Under the pieces are notes generated by a model. It did not search any database. It had not been told where the DNA came from and saw nothing but the letters and a program-made list of their open reading frames with translations. This document shows positions 1 to 9,169 of a DNA stretch of 64,000 nt, one piece after another (position 1 is the stretch's first letter; each line of letters begins with the position of its first letter). The translations under genes and the position numbers were made by a program. Origin of the DNA: Escherichia phage vB_EcoM-pEB20; the sequence record OP114733, one strand, 5' to 3'.

Positions 1-291
1 ACCGGACATAATACGGCACACTCCGATGGTCCTGAGTTTGTTACTTTGCACATTTTAAACAACAATAAGACAGAAGTAGTTTTGACGGCGAATTTCTATA
101 AACCATGGATTTCTGATTTGAGTGAAATTGAATTTAGTTACACTGAAGATTCTGACCCTGCCGTTACGTGCGTAGCAACTATTCACTACGCGTATATGAC
201 GATAGAAAAGGATGGCGAAGTCATTGTATCTCAACAACCGCGTCAAGCGGTCGAATCTAAATCCATTTCTAGACACCCTTCCTTGCGTTAA
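1..291 (+). CDS. partial CDS, 3' end of a gene truncated by window start (by T4 synteny possibly gene 3 tail completion protein)
   Basis: Frame 1 open from nt 1 to stop at 289-291; sits directly upstream of gene 1 as gene 3 does in T4. Confidence 0.4.
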   Translation, partial: TGHNTAHSDGPEFVTLHILNNNKTEVVLTANFYKPWISDLSEIEFSYTEDSDPAVTCVATIHYAYMTIEKDGEVIVSQQPRQAVESKSISRHPSLR

Positions 292-344
292 TCGCTTCTA
301 GCTCCGTATGTTATAATCGCTCATAAATTATATGAGGAAAACCT

Positions 345-1079
345 ATGGAGCTAATCTTTTTAAGTGGCATCAAACGTAGTGGTAAAGACACTACTGCTGA
401 TTACATCAATTCAAACTTTAAATCTGTAAAATATCAATTAGCATATCCAATTAAAGACGCTTTAGCAATTGCCTGGGGTCGTAGGCATGCTGAAAATCCT
501 GATGTATTCACAGAGTTGAAATACGAATACTTTGAAGGCATTGGATACGACCGTGAAACACCATTAAATCTCAATAAGTTGGATGTTATTGAATTATTGG
601 AAGAAGCGCTAATTTATTTGCAAAGTCAATATTTGCCGATTAATAATGTTAAAGTATTATCATCGTTAGAAGGTGGATATTCGTATCTAGATATTAAACC
701 ATATGAAGCCCTGCGTGAAGCTATAAATAATATCAACGACACATGGTCAATCCGCCGTCTTATGCAAGCCCTCGGTACGGATGTTGTCGTTAATTTATTT
801 GACCGTATGTATTGGGTTAAACTTTTTGCATTAAACTATATGGATTATATTGGAAGTGATTTCGATTACTATGTTGTAACCGATACACGCCAAGTCCATG
901 AAATGGAAACCGCTAGAGCGATGGGTGCTACAGTTATTCATGTGGTTCGCTCTGGTACGGAATCCACCGATAAACATATTACAGAAGCTGGGTTGCCTAT
1001 TGAAGAAGGCGATTTAGTTATTACAAACGACGGCTCTTTAGAAGAGCTTTATTCTAAAATTGAAACAATCTTAAGGTAA
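345..1079 (+). CDS. 1: deoxynucleoside monophosphate kinase (gp1)
   Basis: 244 aa; N-terminal P-loop LSGIKRSGKDTTAD; near-identical in motif content to T4 gp1 as recalled. Confidence 0.9.
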   Translation: MELIFLSGIKRSGKDTTADYINSNFKSVKYQLAYPIKDALAIAWGRRHAENPDVFTELKYEYFEGIGYDRETPLNLNKLDVIELLEEALIYLQSQYLPINNVKVLSSLEGGYSYLDIKPYEALREAINNINDTWSIRRLMQALGTDVVVNLFDRMYWVKLFALNYMDYIGSDFDYYVVTDTRQVHEMETARAMGATVIHVVRSGTESTDKHITEAGLPIEEGDLVITNDGSLEELYSKIETILR

Positions 1080-1083
1080 TAAA

Positions 1084-1769
<686 letters not shown>

Positions 1770-1783
1770 TTTTCACAAAAACA

Positions 1784-1819
1784 GTTTACATAAGGATGAT
1801 GGTGTGTTACTATCATCCT
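1784..1819 (+). promoter_or_regulatory. early sigma70-type promoter (GTTTACA ... TACTAT) with inverted repeat AGGATGAT/ATCATCCT around -10
   Basis: -35 GTTTACA at 1784, ~18 nt spacer, -10 TACTAT at 1808; IR arms flank -10. Confidence 0.55.
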
Positions 1820-1849
1820 ATCAAATAAACAAACCAAACGGAAAAACAA

Positions 1850-2161
1850 ATGAAAACTTATCAAGAGTTTATCGCTGAAGCTACTAAAGCCGATAAAAAT
1901 TTTATTATTAACACCACCGGTCCGTTAGATGATGAATACGCTAATGCTATTATTAAGTCAATTTCTAATCAAGGCGTTGAAGTAACAAATTTCGAATATA
2001 AGAAAAATGATACTTATATGGTAATTAGTATCAAAAAAGGTTCAAAGGCTAAAATTAAATCTGCATTTGGTGTTATGCGAGTTGACCAAATTGATAACCA
2101 TGATTTTTCACAAACAGGGGTCAAACGCCAGAATACTATTTCATCTAAAGGCATAAAATAA
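1850..2161 (+). CDS. internal-protein-like (capsid-targeted) protein, ipI-locus position
   Basis: 103 aa beginning MKTYQEFIAEA, the T4 internal-protein capsid targeting sequence; located after 57B like T4 ipI. Confidence 0.7.
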   Translation: MKTYQEFIAEATKADKNFIINTTGPLDDEYANAIIKSISNQGVEVTNFEYKKNDTYMVISIKKGSKAKIKSAFGVMRVDQIDNHDFSQTGVKRQNTISSKGIK

Positions 2162-2162
2162 T

Positions 2163-2197
2163 TTACAACACGATAGGACTATGTTATAGTAGTCCTA
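2163..2197 (+). promoter_or_regulatory. early promoter embedded in perfect inverted repeat ATAGGACTA..TAGTCCTAT (PeSL-like)
   Basis: TTTACA at 2163, -10 TATAGT at 2185, IR arms 2173-2181 and 2189-2197. Confidence 0.55.
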
Positions 2198-2222
2198 TCA
2201 AAACAACAAAATGGAACCTAAA

Positions 2223-2486
2223 ATGAAAACTTTCAACGAATTCATCTCAGAATCGTCTGGTATGAAAATTAACAAAGCGGTCAATCAGGTTATTGCTGAT
2301 ATTCTTAATTTGTATAACATTGACTTAACTCCGCATATCACGCTTGGTAACAAACGAAACTTTTTCGTATTTGACACATCCGAACTTGATGAAAATCAGT
2401 TCAATAACATTCAACGTTTTGCGAATGATAAAGGTCTTCGACACGAGCCTGGTGGCTATAAAAAATACGCAATATATTTGAAATAA
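2223..2486 (+). CDS. small protein with capsid-targeting-like N-terminus
   Basis: 87 aa from internal ATG; starts MKTFNEFISES (CTS variant); track ORF begins 12 nt earlier. Confidence 0.55.
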   Translation: MKTFNEFISESSGMKINKAVNQVIADILNLYNIDLTPHITLGNKRNFFVFDTSELDENQFNNIQRFANDKGLRHEPGGYKKYAIYLK

Positions 2487-2489
2487 AGG

Positions 2490-2525
2490 TATACAAGCCT
2501 ATAGGGATATGTTATAGTAGTCCTA
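2490..2525 (+). promoter_or_regulatory. early promoter with inverted repeat ATAGGGATA..TAGTCCTAT (PeSL-like)
   Basis: TATACA at 2490, -10 TATAGT at 2513; third copy of the TAGTCCTATCAAAACAA motif. Confidence 0.5.
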
Positions 2526-2534
2526 TCAAAACAA

Positions 2535-2741
2535 ATGAGTAAATGGAGAAATAAAATGAAACGCGCTGAACTGATTCGTAATGTTGCTGTAGTAATTGCT
2601 TCAATGGCTTTTAGCTTTTCAATGTTTGTAGGATTCATTTGTGGACTACTGACAACAACTGAAAACTCTATCTCATTGGTAGTAGCATTTCTAATCGGCT
2701 TAATCGCTATCGTTATGGATAAAATTGCAAAAGGTGAGTAA
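2535..2741 (+). CDS. small membrane protein
   Basis: 68 aa with two hydrophobic segments (VAVVIASMAFSFSMFVGFICGLL, LVVAFLIGLIAIV). Confidence 0.45.
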   Translation: MSKWRNKMKRAELIRNVAVVIASMAFSFSMFVGFICGLLTTTENSISLVVAFLIGLIAIVMDKIAKGE

Positions 2742-2742
2742 A

Positions 2743-3105
2743 ATGAAATATCACGTATATGCTGATTTTGAAGCAAATCCTTCTAAAGACCCTGATTGCC
2801 GTTTGATACGCAGACCATTTGATTCAGCGGCTCAAGCATGGGCTTGGATTAAAACTTGTACTCCTTCTTACACTTTCTTTGAAGTGGTAGACGATAACGG
2901 TGTTCTGCATCCGGAACCTACAGAAACTATTAATTTCCTTCTGTTTGCTGGTTACGATTGTTATCCTCTTGGCGGTATTGATGATCTTGTTGCTACAGGA
3001 AAAACTGTTGAGGCTCTTCGCGAAATTTATAAAAACGCAGAAGAAAATTTTGACTGGTATCATATTGTTGATGCTCATACCTTTGAAGTGGTGGAACATT
3101 CATGA
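2743..3105 (+). CDS. hypothetical protein
   Basis: 120 aa from ATG 2743 preceded by GGTGAG SD; track ORF starts at upstream TTG 2725. Confidence 0.55.
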   Translation: MKYHVYADFEANPSKDPDCRLIRRPFDSAAQAWAWIKTCTPSYTFFEVVDDNGVLHPEPTETINFLLFAGYDCYPLGGIDDLVATGKTVEALREIYKNAEENFDWYHIVDAHTFEVVEHS

Positions 3106-3392
3106 TTCTTTATGCTAAAGTGTCATCTATTGAGAACGGATACGAAAGCGATCAACGTGCAGCTAAAGCACTAGTCGATGACTACGGTATTCTGACTAAC
3201 TTTGAGGTTGAAAAGGTTTACATCGACCGTTCGTCTTCACAGGTCAAATTACTATGGGAAGACCGTAAATTTAATACAGTGAACTTTGATTTCTTTATTG
3301 AAACTGAATCAGGTCCAATGGAATATAATATTTTCAAGAATCCTTTGAAATTACGTTGCATTGAATATAATTACATTAATATGGTACGGTGA
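3102..3392 (+). CDS. hypothetical protein
   Basis: 96 aa ORF, ATGA overlap with upstream gene. Confidence 0.5.
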   Translation: MILYAKVSSIENGYESDQRAAKALVDDYGILTNFEVEKVYIDRSSSQVKLLWEDRKFNTVNFDFFIETESGPMEYNIFKNPLKLRCIEYNYINMVR

Positions 3393-3396
3393 GTAA

Positions 3397-3912
3397 ATGA
3401 ATATTTGTTTAGGCAGTACAATTCCTAAGGGTTACGTAATTGATGTCACCACTTCGGAAAATGATGGTGACAACTATAAAACTAAAACGTTGTTTGGTGT
3501 AGAAGAGCATGAGCTCCAACAGTTTAAATATCTCTTGAAGAAATTTAAGAGTCGTCATTCTAGCACTAAAGCTGAACATTACTGTGGTAATACACCATTC
3601 AGTGATTGCTCGCTTTTAATCTATGAATACTTGGTTGAAGGACTGTTCTCAGACCAGCTTTATCCAGAATTCATTAAAAAGGTCTTTGATATTGAAGTCG
3701 ACCTCGGTAATAAATCTGAAGAAGATGAATCACGTGTATTTGACCTGTTCCGTGAGAATGGATATTTGGTATCAGAAGGTCTCATTGATATTCTCGGCCA
3801 TGCTTCTGAATATTATGATTATGATTTCTTGCGTGTAGTTGAATGTGTTGAATTTGCTTATATTGAAGAAGAAATCGTTTTGCCGACTGTTAAAATGATT
3901 GATTTGCTTTAA
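3397..3912 (+). CDS. hypothetical acidic protein
   Basis: 171 aa ORF, no recognised motif. Confidence 0.55.
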   Translation: MNICLGSTIPKGYVIDVTTSENDGDNYKTKTLFGVEEHELQQFKYLLKKFKSRHSSTKAEHYCGNTPFSDCSLLIYEYLVEGLFSDQLYPEFIKKVFDIEVDLGNKSEEDESRVFDLFRENGYLVSEGLIDILGHASEYYDYDFLRVVECVEFAYIEEEIVLPTVKMIDLL

Positions 3913-3991
3913 GAATTATGTGTTATTATTAATTCATACCCTCTATTACCAAAGGTGCTCTAAAGTGCCTTTCATAATAGAAAGTTATTTA

Positions 3992-4065
3992 GGCCCTGTA
4001 GCTCAACGGTTAGCAGCAGTCCCCTCATAAGGGAAAGGTTACCAGTTCGAATCTGGTCTGGGTCA
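3992..4065 (+). tRNA. tRNA with CAU anticodon (Met or Ile2/lysidine type)
   Basis: Acceptor stem GGCCCTG/CTGGGTC, T-arm ACCAG-TTCGAAT-CTGGT, anticodon loop CTCATAA; no encoded CCA; D and anticodon stems each have one mismatch. Confidence 0.7.
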
Positions 4066-4071
4066 TATATT

Positions 4072-4148
<77 letters not shown>

Positions 4149-4166
4149 ACTTTAAGTGAGGAAAAT

Positions 4167-4511
4167 ATGAAAGGCAATATTTATCTGGTAGTTCATGATT
4201 TAACGTTTTATTTTAACGAACATGATACAGTTATTTCAGGCCGATTGATTAATTTGTTATACCAACACGCAGATTACATCTATGTTCAAAATGAATTCGG
4301 CCATTGGAAGTTCATTAAAAACCGTTCCAGGTTAACTAGTTTTGAATACTTTGACCGTAAAGACCTTTTAAACGAAATTCCATTGCAACATCGGTTCCAG
4401 AAACGCGAATCATTATATTATTGCCGTCATATACCAAACGCCGAATGTGTTAATGAAGCGATTAATCTATGGCGTCGGCGTCGAGAGCAAATTGATGATA
4501 TGCCAAAATAA
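4167..4511 (+). CDS. hypothetical protein
   Basis: 114 aa from ATG 4167 with GAGGA SD; track ORF start 4119 lies inside tRNA-Arg and is rejected. Confidence 0.55.
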   Translation: MKGNIYLVVHDLTFYFNEHDTVISGRLINLLYQHADYIYVQNEFGHWKFIKNRSRLTSFEYFDRKDLLNEIPLQHRFQKRESLYYCRHIPNAECVNEAINLWRRRREQIDDMPK

Positions 4512-4822
4512 GAAGCCGGGTCGCTACCGGCAAGTCGTCGGACTGATGTTCCCTGGGTAAGGACTAGCCTTAATAAATCTTTATGTTTTGTTAATGCTCC
4601 CTTACATCACAGCAGAAACGGCGCACAGAATTATCGATTCGAGGAAATATCTTTGCCGTAAGCCGAGTAGCGTTTTTGACGGAACGTTCGGATATGGTCG
4701 AGATATGGCCTTTTAAAAATATTAAGTAGCGTCAACTACTTAATAACCAGGTTCAAATCCCGGCGTTTCGTACAAACACTTGCCTTAGCAGGTGGAACCC
4801 CGACAAGGTTGCCGCAAGGCTT

Positions 4823-4853
4823 AGCCCCTTCCGAAAGGTTGGGGCTTTTTTTT
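4823..4853 (+). terminator. rho-independent terminator
   Basis: Hairpin AGCCCC..GGGGCT followed by T8 run. Confidence 0.7.
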
Positions 4854-4897
4854 GCATAATAATAAATAGATAAGTTAATTAACTTAGGAAAAGTAAC

Positions 4898-5362
4898 ATG
4901 AAATCATATGCAGAATTTTTGACTGAACAATCTAGTTCAGATGTAAAAGCCGCTGCGATTGCAGCAATTCAAGCAGGTAAATATTCTTACAAAGACGCCT
5001 CTGATGAAGAACGTTTCCGTTTTATTAGAGATTTTAAAGCCGAAGGTTTTACTAATGCTAATACTGTTAGCCGAGTTTTTAAAAGCCTAGCTGCGTCAGG
5101 TGAATTGTTCCAGAAAGCTACAGGTAAAGCACCTGCGCCAAAAACAGACCCTAAAGCAGCTCAAGAAAAAAATATCGCCAAAGGAATTATTTCTAAGTAT
5201 GAAGCAATTCTTAAAGAGCTTTTAGTAATCAAAACAGAAGGCCAGAAACTGGCACGAGCACATAGCTTCAAAGATAATCCTCACGCTCATAGCCTTGAGT
5301 ATGTTGAAGATATCCAAAAACTTATTAAAGACCGTATCTGGTCTGCTAAACAAATTAAATAA
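4898..5362 (+). CDS. internal-protein-like protein with CTS-like N-terminus
   Basis: 154 aa starting MKSYAEFLTEQ (CTS variant); Lys/Ala-rich. Confidence 0.6.
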   Translation: MKSYAEFLTEQSSSDVKAAAIAAIQAGKYSYKDASDEERFRFIRDFKAEGFTNANTVSRVFKSLAASGELFQKATGKAPAPKTDPKAAQEKNIAKGIISKYEAILKELLVIKTEGQKLARAHSFKDNPHAHSLEYVEDIQKLIKDRIWSAKQIK

Positions 5363-5368
5363 TAGAAT

Positions 5369-5396
5369 GCCCCTTCCTTATGGTTGGGGCCTTTTG
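5369..5396 (+). terminator. rho-independent terminator
   Basis: Hairpin GCCCC-ttccttatggtt-GGGGC then CTTTTGG; same hairpin recurs at 20605. Confidence 0.65.
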
Positions 5397-5428
5397 GTAT
5401 CTAGGGCATAAAAATATTTCATAAAGTT

Positions 5429-5457
5429 GTTTACTTCTTCCCTAGATGTGTTACTAT
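5429..5457 (+). promoter_or_regulatory. early promoter
   Basis: GTTTAC at 5429, 17 nt spacer, extended -10 TGtTACTAT. Confidence 0.55.
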
Positions 5458-5485
5458 AGACCTATCAAAACATGAGGAGAATATT

Positions 5486-5791
5486 ATGAGTCTTTACACT
5501 GAACTGAATAAAAAATCTGAAGAATCTGCTGAAACTATTTTTAAAAACGTGCAAAAGCGTATTTTAGAAAAGATGTATAACACCGCAGCTAAAGGTGAAA
5601 AATCTTGCCGGTTCCCGATGAGGTGTTCTTCCGATTTATGCGCAAATACTATTGAATGGCTGGAAAGTGAAGGTCTTACGGTAGAGAAAAACCCGGCGAC
5701 TTCTATTGACAGCGAATCATATATTAGTATTTCTTGGGATAAACCTCGTATGAATGAAGGACACTACAAGTTGTTAAGTTGGAAAAATTAA
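5486..5791 (+). CDS. hypothetical protein
   Basis: 101 aa, SD GAGGAGAA upstream. Confidence 0.5.
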   Translation: MSLYTELNKKSEESAETIFKNVQKRILEKMYNTAAKGEKSCRFPMRCSSDLCANTIEWLESEGLTVEKNPATSIDSESYISISWDKPRMNEGHYKLLSWKN

Positions 5792-5859
5792 AAATAATGA
5801 TGTACAAGCACCAAGGATGGTGATACTATAGACTTATCAACTACAGAGGAGTAAACAAA

Positions 5860-6024
5860 ATGACTACTTTAATTATTTGGTTTGATGAAAATGAAGAAAC
5901 ATACTGTGTGAATATTGGTGAAAGTCCAATGCCTGAATTTGAATCCTCGGATAAAAACTCTGTTGTATCTTGGGCTGAAGGTTATAAAGCAGCTAAAGGT
6001 GACGTTGAAATAATTTACATCTAA
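5860..6024 (+). CDS. small hypothetical protein (54 aa)
   Basis: Below track size cut-off; ATG 5860 preceded by AGAGGAG; translated by hand to stop at 6022-6024. Confidence 0.4.
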   Translation: MTTLIIWFDENEETYCVNIGESPMPEFESSDKNSVVSWAEGYKAAKGDVEIIYI

Positions 6025-6070
6025 GTAAGTTTATGTTATAGTAATCACAACAAATCAAGAGGAAAACAAA

Positions 6071-6298
6071 ATGGCTAAAGTTAGTATTGATGTCGTTGAT
6101 TATGAATACACTGAAGAAGTTATTCGCAACCGTCACCCTGAAGTTCGTATCGATTCAGTCCAAGATTCCAAGTTCTGGACAACCGAGCTTAATCTGAGTG
6201 GTCCTTATGAAGCTGTTAAGAAGTTCATGGTTGAAGAATACTGCGAAGGCATGCACCCCGAAGACGCCAAGTTTTATGTCAATTTGATTAAAAAATAA
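6071..6298 (+). CDS. hypothetical protein
   Basis: 75 aa ORF with SD AAGAGGAAAA. Confidence 0.5.
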   Translation: MAKVSIDVVDYEYTEEVIRNRHPEVRIDSVQDSKFWTTELNLSGPYEAVKKFMVEEYCEGMHPEDAKFYVNLIKK

Positions 6299-6334
6299 TT
6301 TACAAACTCTTGAGAGCAGAGTATAATGCTCTCA
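6299..6334 (+). promoter_or_regulatory. early promoter TTTACA..TATAAT flanked by IR TGAGAGCA/TGCTCTCA; near-identical copy at 36028
   Basis: -35 TTTACA 6299, -10 TATAAT 6322; about 45-bp repeat shared with 36028-36075. Confidence 0.55.
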
Positions 6335-6368
6335 TTGGATAATAAACCACCAATTGAAAGGTAATAAT

Positions 6369-6962
6369 ATGAACACACTGAAGAAACTTGTTGAATTCAT
6401 CCGCACTAAACTGGGTACTGCTATGGCTAAAAATCTGACTGTCGAAGAACAGTATAACGCAGCTGCAGATAAGTTGATTACCCAAATCAAAGAACTAAAA
6501 ACAGCTTCTGTTAAATCTATTAATGAAGAAAAACGTATTCGCGAACTTGTTAATGAAAAGAACAAGCAAGCCGCTTCTAAGGAACGTGAAATTCGTAAGC
6601 TCTTGGCTGAAGGACAAGATGTTACCATGCATGCTAAGCTTGGTCTTCTGTATCGTCGAACTGCCGAACAACTTAATACAAAAGCTGACGGATATGCCGC
6701 TATGCGAATTGAAATTGCTCGTAAGGTGGTTGAACTTGACGATGCTCGTCAGAACCTGGCAATCAAACTCGAATACATTCGTGAAACTCGAGCAGCCAAT
6801 GCCCTTGGTATCTCTACGGCCGATGATGTAATTGAAATCGCTGCACTGACTAAGGTTGATATCGAAGACACTCTGACTCGTGTTGAAACGTTCAATGGCA
6901 CTCCAGTCGGCGTCGAAACCACTTCTGCTGATGTACAAGAATATATTAACTCTTTGAAATAA
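6369..6962 (+). CDS. coiled-coil hypothetical protein
   Basis: 197 aa from ATG 6369; Lys/Glu-rich heptad-like sequence. Confidence 0.6.
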   Translation: MNTLKKLVEFIRTKLGTAMAKNLTVEEQYNAAADKLITQIKELKTASVKSINEEKRIRELVNEKNKQAASKEREIRKLLAEGQDVTMHAKLGLLYRRTAEQLNTKADGYAAMRIEIARKVVELDDARQNLAIKLEYIRETRAANALGISTADDVIEIAALTKVDIEDTLTRVETFNGTPVGVETTSADVQEYINSLK

Positions 6963-6970
6963 AATAATAC

Positions 6971-6992
6971 GGAGGACTCCGGTCCTCCTTTT
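6971..6992 (+). terminator. rho-independent terminator
   Basis: Hairpin GGAGGAC-tccg-GTCCTCC followed by TTTTGG. Confidence 0.7.
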
Positions 6993-7011
6993 GGATAATA
7001 AAGGAGTTAAC

Positions 7012-7614
7012 ATGCGAAACCAAAATAATGATATTGACTCAATGTTCGAAGAGTTCCGAGATAAGGTAAATCCACCTACGTCTTTAGTTGATTCATTACG
7101 ATATGTTGCAACCGGACGTAAATGGTACTGGTCGTCTTCTTATGAGACCGCCGAGAAAACGGCTAGCCATAGCAGAAAATCTTTATTAGCCCCAGGTATT
7201 ATGATTCATGATATCGGAGCTATTGCTAAACTAGTTGCAGACCATGATATTAGATTCACTGATTTCGTTGCTCCTACGTGGTCTGTTTGTTGTTTAAACA
7301 CTGAATGGGAATATATCAGCGAACGCTCTGAAGATTATTATGGTTTTAGAGATAAGCTTCTGAGGTCTAATATGTTTTATATCGATACAGAAGTTCTAGT
7401 CGATAATAAAAAATATTACTTTACGTTAATCATCGATTCTGAAACTATGTATGAAGGCAAGCCTTTGCTTAAAAGAGTTGATGCTTTAAGTGCTATTGAT
7501 GCGCTTTATGAAACTATGGTTGTTAGTCCTAATTTCACTAACAATTTAATCCTTGAGCAATTTATTATGGAATGTAGAGAATATGTCAAAGCCAACCCTA
7601 TACATGCCAAGTAA
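7012..7614 (+). CDS. hypothetical protein, C-terminus carries the QFIMECR motif
   Basis: 200 aa from ATG 7012 with AAGGAG SD; C-terminal motif shared with four membrane proteins. Confidence 0.6.
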   Translation: MRNQNNDIDSMFEEFRDKVNPPTSLVDSLRYVATGRKWYWSSSYETAEKTASHSRKSLLAPGIMIHDIGAIAKLVADHDIRFTDFVAPTWSVCCLNTEWEYISERSEDYYGFRDKLLRSNMFYIDTEVLVDNKKYYFTLIIDSETMYEGKPLLKRVDALSAIDALYETMVVSPNFTNNLILEQFIMECREYVKANPIHAK

Positions 7615-7978
7615 GCCCTGGGCATACGAATACAAACGTAAATTAATCCCAAATGAAGTACTATTTGGCCCTATTTTAGCTTTAGCATTTTTAATCTTTA
7701 TGATTATAGGAGCTATTTTAGATTCTAGTGAAGTTATATCGTCTGATGCAGTGTTTTTACTTATTATAGTCGGGTCGTTTATTGTGCCATTTTTATTAAT
7801 GCCTATTAATTGGGTAGGATATTGGCACCAAGGCCGTCATCACAGAGCCCGATTAAGAGAATGGAAAGTTCAGTGCGCAAAAGCCCAAGCTCAGTATGAT
7901 GAAGCTGTTAAAAAGTATGAATATGAAGAAGCTATGGAATTCGTTAAGGAAATAAGATGCAAAAGCCTCAACTCTTAA
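7583..7978 (+). CDS. membrane protein of the [NR]FI-x-EC-R C-terminal family
   Basis: Two predicted TM helices; C-terminal EFVKEIRCK; start uncertain (7583 or 7604). Confidence 0.5.
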   Translation: MSKPTLYMPSKPWAYEYKRKLIPNEVLFGPILALAFLIFMIIGAILDSSEVISSDAVFLLIIVGSFIVPFLLMPINWVGYWHQGRHHRARLREWKVQCAKAQAQYDEAVKKYEYEEAMEFVKEIRCKSLNS

Positions 7979-8316
7979 CCGTATGGCCTTCTCTTGGTGA
8001 GAACATTCTAATTTTTATTATGAGTATTGGCATGGGATTTGCCTTTGGATTAGTTGGATTTCTTATTGACGGCGTTGTGTTAGGATTTATAGGGAACACT
8101 GGTGGATTCACAGACCAATGGCAGGACTTACGATATACTCAAGCCTTTGCATCCATTGCATCATTTTGTACTATAGTCTATTTTTACTACGATTTTATAA
8201 ACCATAACAAGAAAAATAAAAAGGTTTACGCTTCTCAAATGATTAGTTATAATGAACTCCTAGCTAGACGTGAAAATGAAACAATCGAAAACTTTATTAA
8301 GGAATGTAGAAAATGA
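7957..8316 (+). CDS. membrane protein of the NFIKECR C-terminal family
   Basis: 119 aa, TM segments, C-terminal ENFIKECRK. Confidence 0.55.
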   Translation: MQKPQLLTVWPSLGENILIFIMSIGMGFAFGLVGFLIDGVVLGFIGNTGGFTDQWQDLRYTQAFASIASFCTIVYFYYDFINHNKKNKKVYASQMISYNELLARRENETIENFIKECRK

Positions 8317-8618
8317 GTAAGATTATTGAAATTAAAGTACCAGAGTTTAATGATGCCAAATCCGCTTCAGATGCAATTTATAAACTTCTGAATCAAGCTG
8401 AACGTATCGAAGAAGAAGCAACAAAGATCGCAGACCAATATGCCGTATCATTTTCTGTAGGTGATTATGGTAGCGGTCGTACTTATTATCCTAAGGGTGA
8501 AATCGTATCCCAGTGGATGAAAGATGAAATTGAAAATAATGGTGGCGATGTTAAGCGTGAAGGTAATGGTTACGTTATTACTGAAGGTGCTTGGGTTTCG
8601 TCTTCTGCGTTGTGCTAA
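8313..8618 (+). CDS. small protein, paralog 1 of GWVSSSxxC family
   Basis: 101 aa ending GAWVSSSALC. Confidence 0.55.
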   Translation: MSKIIEIKVPEFNDAKSASDAIYKLLNQAERIEEEATKIADQYAVSFSVGDYGSGRTYYPKGEIVSQWMKDEIENNGGDVKREGNGYVITEGAWVSSSALC

Positions 8619-8627
8619 GGAATCATT

Positions 8628-8900
8628 ATGTCTAAAGAACAAACCGAACTGGCTGAAGCTGTAGCAAAAATCTATGCAGCTATTGAGGCTGCCAAAGAAA
8701 TTGCTGATAAACAAAACACAACATTCGACTTGTACCCAGCTTATGGTATGGGTGGAACCTATCATTCACCCGGACATCTTAAAGCCGATCTTGAACGTTG
8801 TACAAAAAACGGCTATGCTGAATGGGCTGACGTTTACCAATACGACTACAACCTGAGCCTTGAAGATGGCGGTTGGGTTGCATCTTCTCACACTTGCTAA
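8628..8900 (+). CDS. small protein, paralog 2 of GWVSSSxxC family
   Basis: 90 aa ending GGWVASSHTC; junction TGCTAAGGAA gives SD for itself. Confidence 0.55.
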   Translation: MSKEQTELAEAVAKIYAAIEAAKEIADKQNTTFDLYPAYGMGGTYHSPGHLKADLERCTKNGYAEWADVYQYDYNLSLEDGGWVASSHTC

Positions 8901-8909
8901 GGAAACAAT

Positions 8910-9107
8910 ATGTCTCGTGAATTAGATTGTGCTGTACGTACGGCAGTAGCTGCTCTGGAAAACCTGTTCCAAATTGCAACAGAAGAACGCGAAGAAGTTA
9001 CATTATGGATTGAAGATAACGCAGGTCTGAATCTCCAGGACGCGATCTCATTATCCCACAATAGTATCACTGTTCAAGGCTGGGTATCATCTAGTTATTC
9101 TTGCTAA
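8910..9107 (+). CDS. small protein, paralog 3 of GWVSSSxxC family
   Basis: 65 aa ending QGWVSSSYSC. Confidence 0.5.
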   Translation: MSRELDCAVRTAVAALENLFQIATEEREEVTLWIEDNAGLNLQDAISLSHNSITVQGWVSSSYSC

Positions 9108-9111
9108 AACA

Positions 9112-9148
9112 GTTTACAACAAGATAGGGCTATGTTATAGTAGTCCTA
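9112..9148 (+). promoter_or_regulatory. early promoter in IR ATAGGGCTA..TAGTCCTAT (PeSL-like)
   Basis: GTTTACA 9112, -10 TATAGT 9136. Confidence 0.55.
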
Positions 9149-9169
9149 TCAAAACAAATGGAGTCCACA

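Noticed and set aside
6495-7013. 172-aa minus-strand ORF
   Set aside because: Lies antisense across the + strand coiled-coil gene (6369-6962) and the terminator; no RBS; all neighbours are + strand.
8674-8856. 60-aa + strand ORF overlapping paralog 2 of the GWVSSSxxC family
   Set aside because: Alternative frame nested within a gene that has a conserved paralogous reading frame.
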